64,000 bases of DNA from Octopus vulgaris (GCA_951406725.2 OX597826.1:29016001-29080000), one strand, 5' to 3'; shown: positions 11,465 through 25,480, numbered from the stretch's first letter. Numbers and translations are program-made. The notes: a model not told the origin generated them from the letters alone.

Positions 11465-11850
11465 TTATTTCTTTTACTTGTTTCAGTCATTTGACTGTGG
11501 CCATGCTGGAGCACCATTTTTAGTCGAACAAATCGACCCAAGGACTTATTCTTTGTAAGCCTAGTGCTTATTCTATCGGTCTCCTTTGCCGAACCTCCAG
11601 GTGACGAGGAAGGTAAACACACCGACGTCAGTTGTCAAGCGATGATGCGAGGACAAATACAGACACAAAAAACAAACACATACATACATACATACATACA
11701 TACATACATACATACATACATACATACATACATACATACATACGTACATACATACATATATACGACGGGCTTCTTTCAGTTTCCGTCTACCAAATCATGA
11801 GGCTATAGTAAAAGACACTTGCCTAAGGTGCCACGCAGTAGGACTGAACC
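11465..11850 (-). mobile_element. SINE family A
   Basis: Tail TTTTACTTGTTTCAGTCATTTGACTG through head GGACTGAACC. Confidence 0.85.
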
Positions 11851-11856
11851 TGGCAC

Positions 11857-12217
11857 CAATGGGTCAGTGGACGCACGGTCGTAAGATCGCGGTTTCGATT
11901 CCCAGACCGGGCGTCGTGAGTGTTTATTGAGCGAAAACACCTAAAGCTCCTCGAGGCTCCGGCAGGGGGTGGTGGTGAACCCTGCTGTACTCTTTCACCG
12001 CAACTTTCTCTCACTCTTTCTTCCTGTTTCTCTTGTACCTGTATTTCAAAGGGCCAACCATGTCACACTCTGTGTCACGCTGAATCTCCCCGAGAACTAC
12101 GTTAAGGGTACACGTGTCTGTGGAGTTCTCAGCCACTTGCACGTTAATTTCACGAGCAAGCTGTTCCGTTGATCGGATCAACTGGAAGCCTCGTCGACGT
12201 AACCGACAGAGTGCCAC
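11857..12217 (+). mobile_element. Chimeric SINE: family D head plus tail 1
   Basis: 5' part matches 57002-57190; 3' part matches 60105-60288. Confidence 0.8.
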
Positions 12218-12428
12218 ACTTTTACTTGTTTCAGTCAGGGTTTTACTTGAATGAATCGACTCAAGTACTTATTTTTTAAAGCCTAGTACTTATCCTATTG
12301 AGCTCTTTTTCCAGTTGTCAAGCTGTGGTGGGAGACAAACACAGGAACAATGGCACACACACACACATACATACGCACATATATATATATATATATATAT
12401 ATATACATGCATACACATATATATGTGC

Positions 12429-12462
<34 letters not shown>

Positions 12463-12526
12463 GCATACACATATATATGTGTGGGTATATATATACATAT
12501 GTGTGTGTATACATACACAAATATAC

Positions 12527-12565
<39 letters not shown>

Positions 12566-12606
12566 CGCGCACACACTCACATACACACACACATATATAT
12601 ATATAC

Positions 12607-12968
12607 TTTTCTACACAAGACACAAAGCCCAGTCGATTAGGTCGACCTTAGTACGTAACTGGTACTTAATTTATGGACCCCGAAAGGATGAAAGGCAAAG
12701 TCAATCTCAGCGGAATTTGAAATCAGAATGGAAAGACAGACGAAATAGGTATTTCTTTACTACCCACAGAGGAGACAAACAAGGACAGACAGACGGATTA
12801 AGTCGATTACATCGACCTCAGTGCGTAACTGGTACTTAATCTATCGATCCCGAAAGGATGAAAGGCAAAGTCGACCTCGGCGGAATTTGAACTCAGAACG
12901 TAACGGCATACGAAATACGGCTACGCATTTCGTCCGGCGTGCTAACGTTTCTACCAGCTCGCCGCCTT
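12607..12968 (-). mobile_element. SINE family B, dimeric
   Basis: Reverse complement of 8262-8656. Confidence 0.9.
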
Positions 12969-13029
12969 ATATATATGCGTAAATATATACATACATATAT
13001 ATGTGTGTGTATATGTATGTGTATATGTA

Positions 13030-13112
<83 letters not shown>

Positions 13113-13676
13113 GACAGGCTTCTTTCAGTTTCTGTCAACGAAGTTCACCCAGAAGGCTTTGGCCGGACCGAGGCTGTGGTAGAAGATGCTAACCCAAAAG
13201 TGCCATGCAATGGAACTGAACCCGAAACCATGTGGTTGATCACACTGGTTTGAAGTACCACCAAGAAGGTTTTTGTTGATTCCTAGAAGTGTGTATGTTT
13301 TTATCTATTGTCTGTCTATTGACATGAATGTGTCACACACCTCTCCTGTCTTTCTTAAATATATTCTTGCCTACCTGCATGTGTGCGCCAGTGTGCGCGC
13401 GCGTGCGCGTGTGTACGTGTATGTATATGTAGTATAATTTTATATCTATATATATATACACATGTATTTTTATACACGCATACACACACACACACACAGA
13501 AATATATTTATATATATGTGTGTGTATGGTATATATTACATATGTGTGTGTGTGAGTATATATATATAGGTATAATAGATACAAATATATAAAATCATGT
13601 AATATATATACTTTATATATACACATTATATATGTACGTTATATATATACATACATTACACATATATATGTATACG

Positions 13677-13721
<45 letters not shown>

Positions 13722-14477
13722 TATGTATATAAATAGATATCTATGTATATATATATATACACATATATATATACATATAAACATATGTATATATATATAT
13801 ATAATATATATATGCTTATATGTGTGAGTATATATATGTATATATATATACATAGATATAACGTATACATATATATGTGTAATGTATGTATATATATATA
13901 TATTTGTGTGTGTGTGTGTGTACGTAAATGTATTTAAGTGCAACAATGCTTTGAACCTGGAAAATGATAGTTCCAGTGCATATTACGACTGCTTGACAGC
14001 TCCTAATTGACACTGGACAATTCCATGCTGTATTGGAATCTAGTATTTCCCATCGTAATTTCCAGAAATCCGGTTTGTCTTACATTAACACTGAATTTAA
14101 TATTGTTTTATTGTCTGACGTTAGAACGAAACTGATACGTGTGTGATGCATGTGTGCGTATATGTGTGTGTGTGTTTGTGTGTGTGCGTGTGTGTGTGTG
14201 TGATGTGATATATGAGTGCGTATGTGTATGTATATAAATATATCTATATATGTAAATCAATTTTTATGTATGTGTATATGTGTGTCTATGTACGTATATG
14301 TATATGTTTGTATATTGTATATATATGAATGCATGTATATATATATATATATGCGTGTGTGTGTATGTGTGCATGTGCATATATATATATGTGTGTGTAT
14401 ATATATATTTGTATGAATATAGGTATATATAAACATATTAATATATATATATATATATATATAAATATGTGTATATA

Positions 14478-14540
<63 letters not shown>

Positions 14541-14581
14541 TAATGCACCTATATATTATATTTGTGCGTGTATATACCCGC

Positions 14582-14628
<47 letters not shown>

Positions 14629-14999
14629 TACAAGTATACATACATACATACATATATATATTGTCTGATATTATAAAGGATGATATATGTGTCTATATTA
14701 TTGTATAGAGACGTGATTATAGTAAATTGAATAAACTATATGTGTGTATGTTTGTGTGTGTGTGTGTTTATACATTTGTGTGAGTATGTGTATACGTACA
14801 TACATACATACATACATACATACATACATACATACATACATACATACATACATACATACATACATACATACATACATACATACATACATACATACATACA
14901 TACATACATACATACATACATACATACATACATACATACATACATACATACATACATACATACATACATACATACATTTCTTTTCTTTTCTTTTCTTTT

Positions 15000-15348
15000 C
15001 TTTTCTACTCTAGACACAAGGCCCGAAATTTTGGCGGGAGGAAGGCCAGTCGATTAGATCGACCCCAGTACGCATCTTGGAATCTGAATTCAGAACGTAA
15101 CGACAGACGAAATACCTATTTCTTTACTACCCACAAGGGGCTAAACACAGAGAGGACAAACAAGGACAGACAAACGGATTAAGTCGATTATATCGACACC
15201 AGTGCGTAACTGGTACTTATTTAATCGACCCCGAAAGGATGAAAGGCAAAGTTGACCTCGGCAGAATTTGAACTCAGACGTAACGACAGACGAAATACGG
15301 CTACGCATTTCGTCCGGCGTGCTAACGATTCTGCCAGCTTGCCGCCTT
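15000..15348 (-). mobile_element. SINE family B, dimeric with internal deletion
   Basis: Reverse complement of 8262-8656. Confidence 0.9.
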
Positions 15349-15893
15349 AGATAGATAGATAGAACTGAAACTTTACAATCGTTACTTAAAGTTTCTCCTT
15401 CTGGTGCATCAAGCCATTGTTACAAATAAAGCATTTGAAATTCTGCAAAATAAGTATCAAACAGCATTTGAAAATTTTCCATCGATCTCTTTGGTTGGTT
15501 TGGAATATCATTTCGTGGATGACTGTTGTCAATGGTCACAGATATTCGAAAATTTCACATAAATGTGTTTATGATAAACAGTATAATTCCTTGTCTTATA
15601 TATACTTTTCTACTCTAGGCAGAAGGCCCGAAATTTTGGGGGAGGGGGCCAGTCAATTAGATCGACCCCAGTACGCAACTGGTACTTAATTTATCGACCC
15701 CGAAAGGATGAAAGGCAAAGTCGACCTAGTCTAATATAGTAAGCGAAAAGTCCTCTTGTTGATGTTGTGTCTACCCACTGTGTTTCTAGGGTTTTACAGT
15801 ATCCCAGTCACTTGTTGACGCTTTGACTCTATAAATTTCTACTGAATAATAGATTTTATACCGATCCCTTTAGTTATATATGCATGTACATGA

Positions 15894-16106
15894 AGGTGGT
15901 GAGCTGACCGAAACGTTAGCACGCCGGGCGAAATGCTTAGCGGAATTTCGTCTGCCGCTGCGTTCTGAGTTCAAATTCCGCCGAGGTCGACTTTGCCTTT
16001 CATCCTTTCGGGGTCGATAAACTAAGTACCAGTTGCGTACTGGAGTCGATGTAATCGACTGGCCCCCGCCCCCAAAATTTCAGGCCTTGTGCCTCGAGTA
16101 GAAAAG
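15894..16106 (+). mobile_element. SINE family B monomer with the second tail type
   Basis: Head plus central domain plus GGCCCCC...CCTTGTGCCTCGAGTAGAAAAG. Confidence 0.9.
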
Positions 16107-16129
16107 TATATATGCACCTACATGATTGG

Positions 16130-16460
16130 TGTGAAGGCGCATGGCTCAGTGGTCAGAACGTTGGGCATGGCGTAGTGAGTTCGATTCCCGGACCGGGCTG
16201 TGTGTTGTGTTGTTGAGCAAGACCCTTTCTTTGCCATTTCTCCAGTTCACTTGGCTTTTGGAATGAGTCGCAACGTCACTGGTGCCACGCTGTATCGGCC
16301 TTTGCGTTTCCTTTCGATAACATCGGTGGCGTGGAGAGGGTATGCTTGGGCGACTGCTGGTCTTCCATAAAACAACCTTGCCCGGACTTGTATCTCGAAG
16401 GGGAACCTTCTATGTGCAATCCCATGGTCATTCATGACCGAAGTGGGTATCTTTACTCTT
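16130..16460 (+). mobile_element. SINE family C (tRNA-Arg-like head, CORE-like segment, possibly OR2-like) with tail 2
   Basis: GAAGGCGCATGGCTCAGTGG...GAGTTCGATTCCCGG...TTGAGCAAGAC; matches 59428-59725. Confidence 0.8.
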
Positions 16461-16526
16461 TATATGGTTGGTATATCTGTAAGCAACTCAACTGTGATGC
16501 ATAATCAAAAATAACATCCATTTCCT

Positions 16527-16598
16527 TAGCAGAACATAGTTTCGATCTGGAGACCACTGAGTTACTGACCCAGCATGTTTTCACTGCACCGCTGCGTT
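16527..16598 (-). pseudogene. Initiator tRNA-Met pseudogene
   Basis: Minus strand GCGGTGCAGTGAAAACATGCTGGGTCAGTAACTCAGTGGTC...GATCGAAACTATGTTCTGCTA aligns with eukaryotic tRNAi-Met (diagnostic GATCGAAAC T-loop); anticodon mutated. Confidence 0.75.
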
Positions 16599-16859
16599 CA
16601 ACGAGTTATCAAGCAAATATATAAAATATGTAATGTATTATTTCTTGTCTTATCTGCTTTGGGTCACATTATTTCTATTACATCATCCATCATGTCATAT
16701 TTATTTATTCTTATCCATTTATTCCTATGTATTGGATTGTGTCGAATGTACGAAATATCGGAACTACTCAATACATGCTGCAATCCATGGATGTTAATTT
16801 ACTTATTGAAAAGTGATATTTTACTCTGCTGATATCCCGAGAGTCACATTTGATAACTG

Positions 16860-17155
16860 ACACTTCGTCGTTTACGACTACGAGCATTCCAGTTGATTCA
16901 ATCGACAGAACAGCCTGTTTGGGAAATAAACGTCCAAGTGGCTGAGCGCTCCGCAAACATGCGTAACCTTAACGTAGTTCTCAGGGAGATTCAGCGTGAC
17001 ACAGAGTGAGACAAGGCTGGCCCCTTTTGTGTAACAGGTACAACGCGTTTTTGTTAGCTTAGTGGAGTGGAGAAACGTAAAATAAAGTGTCTTGCTCAAG
17101 TACACAATGTGTTGCAGGGAATCGAATTATTGATCCTGAGGTGAATATTCTAACG
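16860..17155 (-). mobile_element. SINE family C with tail 1
   Basis: Reverse complement of 59968-60297. Confidence 0.8.
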
Positions 17156-17528
17156 CTATGTTCTAAGTTCAAATTTCGTCGAGGTCGACTTTGCCTTTCA
17201 TCCTTTCGGGGATCGATGAATTAAGTACCAGTGTTAGACTGAAGTCGATGTAATCGACTAATCCCCCACCCCCAAATTTCAGGCCTTGTGTATGTACTAG
17301 AAAGGATTATTAAGGTGGTAACCTGGCAGAATCGTTAGCAAGCCGAGCGAAATGCTTAGCGGTATTTTGCTCATCGCTACATTGTGAGTTCAAATTCCGC
17401 CGAGGTCGAATTAGCCTTTTATTCTTTCGAGGTCGATAAAATAAGTACCAGTTAAACCCTGGGATCGTTGCAATCGACTCATCTCCTTCCCCAAAATTGC
17501 AACCCCGCTTGTGGCAAAATTTGAAACC
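17155..17528 (+). mobile_element. Two tandem SINE family B monomers
   Basis: GAGGTCGACTTTGCCTTTCATCCTTTCGGG-type motif twice. Confidence 0.8.
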
Positions 17529-17573
17529 ATTATTATTATTACTATTACTATTATTATTATTATTATTATTATT

Positions 17574-18130
17574 GAGTGAGAGAGCAGTGCATGACATCAA
17601 AGTGACACTGGGTAAAATATATGAAGCCCAGTATACCCATCATGACTACCCGTTTGATAAGGGTACACCAAGCACACGCATCACAACCATATGTGCGCGA
17701 CATGGTGATTTCATAACAAGATAAACGACGCATGACCTTACAGGTAGGGGCCCAGTTAGCATTTTCTTCTGGTCGAATAGCCCAGCCCGCTCAAAATGTC
17801 CCTGAATAAGGATTGTTTAAGGATGTTGAACGAAACACCCATGTTTCCATGGGTGAATTATCCGAACCTCCAAGAATTCCTTTCAACACACGGCTATGAA
17901 GCTCCCACACTACTTCTGCTCATGATCAGAGATGCACATATCGTCAGCCACTAAGGGACATGCTCACCTGGTTACGGTCAAACAACTGACAAGCAAATCT
18001 GTGGTATTGAGCAGAATATTTGCTGTTGCCCATCTTTTATACCAAGACAAAACAATGTACATGATAACACTTCCAATCAGTTAAGATCAGAAACCATACG
18101 GGCCACTGCCTGGTACTGCATCGGGCCATT
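17574..18130 (-). mobile_element. Element E, apparently full length (~555 bp), (AAT)n-tailed non-autonomous retroelement
   Basis: Five copies in the window; constant 3' end GGCATGCACTGCTCTCTCACTC-(AAT)n; no credible ORF and no tRNA head seen. Confidence 0.85.
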
Positions 18131-18151
18131 TATTACTATTATTATTATTAT

Positions 18152-18195
<44 letters not shown>

Positions 18196-18533
18196 GAGGC
18201 TATTTTTAGTTGAGAAAGTACTTTATTTTCTTGATTTAGTTTGTTGCAGCAAGTATATCTTTTTGTTCATGCAACTTCATTATGTTTCACGTGTAGTTGT
18301 ATTTGTTGTTATTAATAGGGAGAAAAAGAGAGAGAGGGGTTGTTGTTCTTGAGAGACGGAGAGTTATGTGATTGGCGGGGGTGGATTTTATTGTTTTTCC
18401 TTTTTGCTTTGTATGAAAGTTCAATAAGATATAGAAAGGGAAGCAGAAATAGGAAGATTGTAAATAAAAGAAAAAACAGGGGAGATTGTATTTTGAAAAA
18501 TCACCTGATGCTCCTTGGAAGGTTGTAGAAACA

Positions 18534-18602
<69 letters not shown>

Positions 18603-18642
18603 AGACAATCAGACACCGACACGCTCACTTGCAGTCATATAG

Positions 18643-18690
<48 letters not shown>

Positions 18691-18768
18691 ATAAGATCGA
18701 TATTTAAATACTGATCTTATCAGGTGGCCAGCATGAGAATAAAAACCTTTCAAAGGTAATAATTATTT

Positions 18769-18909
18769 AAAATTATAATTTAGGGTATCTAAGAAATCTT
18801 CATATAGCACTAGGAGAAAAGGCAGTGCTATATGAACATTTAATGTGATTTTAGAGTCAAGCTTTGACTGCTATTTTCAGCGTGGCGGTATCTCTTAGAT
18901 ACCCTAAAT

Positions 18910-18918
<9 letters not shown>
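18769..18918. repeat. Structured (TA)n-flanked element closed by a perfect 26-bp inverted repeat
   Basis: AAAATTATAATTTAGGGTATCTAAGA and its exact complement; inner 13-bp hairpin at 18799-18836. Confidence 0.8.
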
Positions 18919-18955
<37 letters not shown>

Positions 18956-19176
18956 CACATATATATATACATATATACATATGTAATGTATATATATATA
19001 TACATATATACATACATATATGATGTATATATATATATATATACATATGTATATATAAATATATATATATATAAGTATGCATGTATATATACACATACAT
19101 GCATACGTATGTATCGGGCTTCTAGTTCAGATTTGTATATATATAGACACACACACACACACACACACACGTGCAC

Positions 19177-19226
<50 letters not shown>

Positions 19227-19406
19227 ACACACACACGCACACATAAATTAAAAATAGCAGAACAAAATAAAATACAATAAAATAAAAGCAAAAAAAACAT
19301 AACACAGATACTCAGAAAAAAAAACCCCATCAGATTTGACTTTAGAATTTGACCTGTTTTAATGTTGAAAAACTGTCGGGTAAAGAGAGGCGGTGTTTTT
19401 GTTGCT

Positions 19407-19437
<31 letters not shown>

Positions 19438-19443
19438 TTTTTA

Positions 19444-19483
<40 letters not shown>

Positions 19484-19619
19484 GTGCTTGTTTTGTTTTG
19501 TTTTTTTAGTAGTTTCGGTTGGGGTTTTTCGTGTTGCTGTGGTTATTTTTGCTGTGTTTTTTTTTTGTTGTTGTTGCTACGTGTGTGCTTATTGTTCCTG
19601 CAATCGTTGTCGTTGTCGC

Positions 19620-19668
<49 letters not shown>

Positions 19669-19772
19669 ATCGTCACTGTTATAGTTTGTTGTGGCTTTTT
19701 GCTGTTTCTGTTGATTTTAAAGTCTTTTTGTTCTTGGTTTCAAATGGAAACGGAAAAATTTAATTGATTTTC

Positions 19773-19832
<60 letters not shown>

Positions 19833-20231
19833 AAGTTTGTTTTGCTTGATTTTATTGTTTATGTACGTGTTTTTCTCAGTCTTTTTTGTATATGTGTGTA
19901 TATGTGTACATGTGTGTGTATGTGTGTAGCTTAGTATGTGTGTGTATATTGCTTAGTGTAACCGATAATGTGTATATGTGGGGTTTTTTTCATTCTTTCA
20001 TTTATTACGTCATTATATAGATGCATGTGCGTGTGTATGTGTATGCTAGTGTATCCGTTGTATGTGCGTGATTGTTGCTTCGCGTGTGTGTTATGTCTGT
20101 GTGATTATGTGTGTGTATAGGTGTGTGTATGTTTATGTGTGTACGTGTGCGTGTATGTTTATCTGTTTCGGCACGCGTATCGTGTGCGTATGTGCGTTGT
20201 GTGAGTGATTATGTTGAGTATATGTGTGTGA

Positions 20232-20286
<55 letters not shown>

Positions 20287-20469
20287 CACACATACAAAGA
20301 TAGAGAAAAGAAAGAAAAAAAGAAAGAAAGAAAGAAAAAAAGAAAGAAAGAAAAAAGATGATCATGATGATGACGAAGAAGAAGAAGAAGAAGAAGAAGA
20401 AGAAGAAGAAGAAGAAGAAGAAGAAGAAGAAGAAGAAGAAGAAGAAGAAGAAGAAGAAGAAGAAGGGTA

Positions 20470-20540
20470 ACGACGCCTACGGGATACGAACTCCATGATT
20501 GCTGTTAGGCGTATCGGGGTGCGAACCGTTACACCAAGAC
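20470..20540 (-). pseudogene. tRNA-like remnant or SINE head
   Basis: Box A TGGTGTAACGG and box B GTTCGTATCCC on the minus strand at tRNA spacing. Confidence 0.45.
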
Positions 20541-20584
20541 TTCATCACACATTTGACCACTCAGACTGTATCCTGTTTTGTTCT

Positions 20585-20795
20585 TTATTCTCTTATTTTT
20601 CTTGTCATCATTAAATATTTAATGATAACTTCCTAACTTCACAAGAACCACCACCCTATAACCTTAGATATCTACAACGATTCACTAATCTTGCAAGTGT
20701 TCAAAATCCTTCTCAAAATAATCTTTCCTGTTCCTAAGAAGCAAGCTTTTTGTAGAAGCACTACAGGAATTCTATTCCAGTCTCCTTCAACCAGA
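20585..20795 (-). mobile_element. R4/Dong-type LINE extreme 3' fragment
   Basis: LLQKACFLGTGKIILRRIL is homologous to LQKTALLGTARILRKCL at about 2060-2110. Confidence 0.7.
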
Positions 20796-20798
20796 GTG

Positions 20799-21202
20799 CA
20801 AATATACGAAGCCATCATGACTACCCGTCTGATAAGGGTACACCAGGCATATGCATCACAACCATCTGTGCGCGACATGGTGGTCTCATATCAGGATAAA
20901 GAGTGCACAACTTTGCAAGTGGAGACCAGTTAGAATTTTCTTCAGATCGAGTAGCCCATCCCGCTCTAACGGTCCTTGAATAAGTGTTGTTTAAGGATGT
21001 TGAACGAAACACCAATGTTTCCAAAGATGAATTATCCAAACCCCAAAGAATTCCTTTCAACACATGGCTATGATGCTCCCCTGCCACTTCTGCTCGTGAT
21101 CAGAGATGCACGTATCATCAGCCACTAAGACACATGCTTAGATCGTTAAAGTCAAACAACTGACAAACAAATCTGTGGTATTGAACAGAGTATTTGCTCT
21201 AG
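20799..21202 (-). mobile_element. Element E, diverged copy lacking its 3' tip
   Basis: Aligns to 17615-18030. Confidence 0.85.
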
Positions 21203-21214
21203 TCGGGTTTTTAC

Positions 21215-21310
<96 letters not shown>

Positions 21311-22149
21311 GATCATCATCATCATCATCAACAACATCATTCATTCATCCATTCATTGTAATACTCAACCAGTCGTAATTTTCCTTTATTCATTTCCCAA
21401 CAGCTTCGATTTAAACTGAAAACCTAAGCAATTTATCGAAGTTTGGTCTTGTTCACACAATACAGTAAATTTTACAATACAAGAGCAATATTAATTGTGT
21501 AACACACAAAAGAGCAACGACATTATTAAAATCTATATAAGAAGAATTATAAAGTTGTAGGGATCTCGGCGAACGTAACAAATAACTCAGTAGCGCTCCT
21601 ACGTGTATTTAGCTAATGGTGATATCCTCAATCTATGAACCAGTCAATAGAACAAGCAATGCAACATCGACAAGTTGAAGATATTAAGCACTTCGTAAAT
21701 CCGATGTATGTTACAGTATTTGCTGTATATTTAACGAGGTGTAAATATAATACAAGAATGTGAATAGAAGGTAACTTTCGTTTAAATTATTGTACGCACG
21801 TTTCCATAGCATAGCTATTTATTTGCTTATGAATTCATTACATAATATAAAATTACATGCGTAATTCATATTATGTAGCTTAATATTTTGTATGAACAAA
21901 TAAATAGCCGCTCTGTGGAAACGTACGTATGCTCTGTTTATATTTTTTTAAATAGGAAAACTTATTTATTCCGTGCAGCAGGGTTTTTTTTAAGTGAGAG
22001 TTTCTAAGTTCGAGTAAGACACCAGGAATGTTATCTAGAACTGTTTGAAGATCATCACGTTGATATGACACTGTGTGTACGTGGGTATGTGTATGTGTGT
22101 AGTATATGTGTGTGTGTGTGCGTGTGTGTGTAAGTATATGTTGATGTTG

Positions 22150-22420
22150 AGCACCTAGAAATTTACCCTCCCAGGCACAAGTCCGGGCAGGACCAGCAGT
22201 CGCCCATGCATACCGACCTCCCCTCTCCACGCCACCAGTGTTATCCAAGGGAAAGGCAATCTGTGACGTCGCATCTCATTTCTACAGCTGAGTGAACTGG
22301 AGCAACGTGAAATAAAGTGTCTTGCTCAAGAACACAACACGCAACCCGGTCCGGGATTCGAACTCACAACCTCACGATCGTAAGCTCGACGCTCTAACCC
22401 CTGAGCCATGCGCCTTCACA
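22150..22420 (-). mobile_element. SINE family C with tail 2
   Basis: Reverse complement of 59428-59725. Confidence 0.85.
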
Positions 22421-22608
22421 TATGTATACGTATGTATATGTGAATGTATTTTATTGGATTATGTGTGTTCGTGTGCGTATATGCGCGTGTATATGTGATT
22501 ATATGCGCGTATGTGCGTCTGTGTGCATGTGTGTGTATGTCTATGCCTGTATGTGATATGTGCGTTCGTACATAAGTGCGTGCACGTATGTGAATACGTG
22601 TGTGTATA

Positions 22609-23822
22609 CACAGACATGACAGAAGTAAATAGACACCCTTATAATCATTAACATTTCTTTAAATCTGAAATTATACATTCAAGTTATTTATCAATTGTTA
22701 AAATAGGAATATTTAATATTTAGTAGACATGCTTGTCTTTTTAAATACAAGGACCCTATTAGGCATGCTTCTGATCAAATAACGAATATCCTCTTGCGGA
22801 ATTTCTTGCCAAGTTTCATGCTGTAATCTCAAAAGATCTGGCTTTGACAATACTTTCTTGTTCTTTTTATGAAGTGTCCTGTCCATTATGTCCCAGAAGT
22901 GTTCAATAGGGTTCAAACTTTTTAATGCCATTCTCAGTCAACAAATCTAGGGTCATTTTAGCCGTGTGACTAGGAGACCCCCATCATCCATAAATAGTCT
23001 TCTTTAATCATTTCACCACTGGAGAAGATTGGAAAGCGTCTTTTCTGCAATATGGATACATATTTATCTGAGTTTATGTTTCCCTCACACTCCACCAGCT
23101 CTGATCAACTGCTGCTCGAAGTTGCTCCCCAGACCATCGCAGAATAACTGCCGTGTTTCATTGTTGGCTGCAATCTTTTCACATCAAATTCTTGGTAACA
23201 GAGTCTCCAGACTCACATTCGACCACTGTCAGAAAATACAGCAAATCTGTACTCATCAGAGAATATGACAGTGTGTCAAAATGCCAGTGGCCTCTCCACC
23301 ATTTCACTGGCCCAATTTTTTCTCCGCTTGATGTTGGCTGGTCAAAGGAGTGGCTTCTTTCTTGCTGCTCTGTCATAGTTACCAAGTTTGTGAAGATACC
23401 TGACAACTGTTCTGGGTCTGACATCAACTCTGCTATACCAGACGTTTTGCAACGAGGATTATCTTCCACACTTCTCTTGGTAAAGAGAAGGCTCATGTCA
23501 GAGAGCCCTAGTTGATCTGGGCGAGGTGATGGGAACTCGTTCCTCTCTCTGGCGAATTGCACAATCACTATTAACTGTAGAAAGCAGGATCCCAAGGTTT
23601 TCTGAGATTTTACACTATGTCCATCTTCTGAATGACCCACAATACGGCCTCCTTGAAATTCGGACAGTTCCAGGGTTTCTTTTGTACATGATTAAACAGT
23701 CACATATAGAACCTGAAACATAAAAATGTCAATTAATAAAAAATATATATAGACCTTTAGAAGTTAAAATAAACATTAAACGATGTTTTATGCGGTGTCT
23801 GTTTAAGTCTGTCATGTCTGTG
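22609..23822 (-). mobile_element. Decayed Tc1-like DNA transposon with both TIRs
   Basis: TIRs CACAGACATGACAGA(AG/CT)TAAA(T/C)AGACACC, TA on both sides, transposase remnant SLNPIEHFWDIMDRTL...TWQEIPQEDIRYLIRSMPNRV. Confidence 0.9.
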
Positions 23823-24241
23823 TATGTGAGTGTATGAGTATGTATGATTGCATGCGTGTATTTGTGTGTGTATGCGTATACATGTGTGGATGCTAATGCG
23901 CATGTATGTGTATATGAGTGTGCGTAAGTGCGTCTGTGAATGTACATGTGCGTGTGTATAGGTGTGCGTATATGAATGTATATGTGTGTATGTGTATGCG
24001 TATGTGTGCATAAGCGTGTGCTTGTAATAATATTATATTTTTTTTTTTTTACTCAGGGTGAAAAGAGGGTCCATCACCCTTCACACAGTCCGCGAATCTA
24101 GTCGGAGGGGAGATGATGGTATCTTCAGAGCAGAAAACTTACCCAAATGCTTGCAACAAAGTAGTATCGTAGTATCCATTAAAGGCACTCAACGTGTCAC
24201 GATGTAGTGTTATATATATAGATATAGATATAGATAGATAG

Positions 24242-24316
<75 letters not shown>

Positions 24317-24324
24317 AGCTTAAC

Positions 24325-24927
24325 ATGTTTATGTAGTAAGAAATTTGCTTCTCAACCACATGGTTCCGGGATCAATCCCACCGCATGGCACCTTGAGCAG
24401 GTGTCTTCTGCTTTAGCTCTAGGCCAACCAAAGCCTTGTGAAATGGATGTGGCAGACAGAAACTGAAAGAAGCCCATCGTGTACATGTGTGTAGGGGGGG
24501 TCTTTGTGTATGGGTGTGTTCCCTACCACCGCTTGACAACCAGTGTTGGTTTGCTTACATCCCCGTGACTGAGCGGTTCAGTAAGAATAAGTACAAAGTA
24601 CCAGGTTTTCAAAAGAAGCGTTGCATGTATAATTGATGAAAAATCATCATGCATAATATCCGTAATATCCATAGGTGAAATCAATACATAGATTCCCTAA
24701 TAAATAGGTGTAGAAAAACGGTGGGGGTGCTGGCAAAAACGTTGGCACGCCGGGCGAAATGCTTACTGGTATTTCGTCTGCCGCTACGTTCTGAGTTCAC
24801 ATTCCGTCGAGGTAGACTTTGCCTTTCATCCTTTCGGGGTCGATAAATCAAGTACCAGTTGTGTACAGTAGTCATGCAATCGACTGGCCCTCCAAAATTT
24901 CGGCCCTTGTACCTTGAATAGAAAAGA
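24325..24927 (+). mobile_element. SINE A (24325-24600) followed by SINE B (24722-24927)
   Basis: Family-diagnostic motifs as above. Confidence 0.8.
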
Positions 24928-24974
24928 TTATATATACATTATATACATATATATATATATATATATACATATAC

Positions 24975-25202
24975 TATTTTACTCTTTTACTTGTTTCAGT
25001 CAGTTCCTTTATTTTTACTGCGGCCATGCTGGAGCACCGCCTTTAGTCGAGCAACTCGACCCAGGGACTTATTCTTTTGTAAGCCCAGTACTTATTCTAT
25101 CGGTTTCTTTTGCCGAACCGCTAAGTAACGGGGACATAAGCACACCAGCATCGGTTGTCAAGCAATGCTAGCAGGACAAACACAGACACACAAACACACA
25201 CA

Positions 25203-25248
<46 letters not shown>

Positions 25249-25384
25249 TACGACGGGCTTCTTTCAGTTTCCGTCTACCAAATCCACTCACAAAGCTTTG
25301 GTCGGCCCGAGGCTATAGTAGAAGACACTTGCCCAAGGTGCCACGCAGCGGGACTGAACTACTTACCACACAGCCACTCCTGCG

Positions 25385-25388
<4 letters not shown>
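24975..25388 (-). mobile_element. SINE family A, near full length
   Basis: Reverse complement of 49483-49865. Confidence 0.9.
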
Positions 25389-25480
<92 letters not shown>

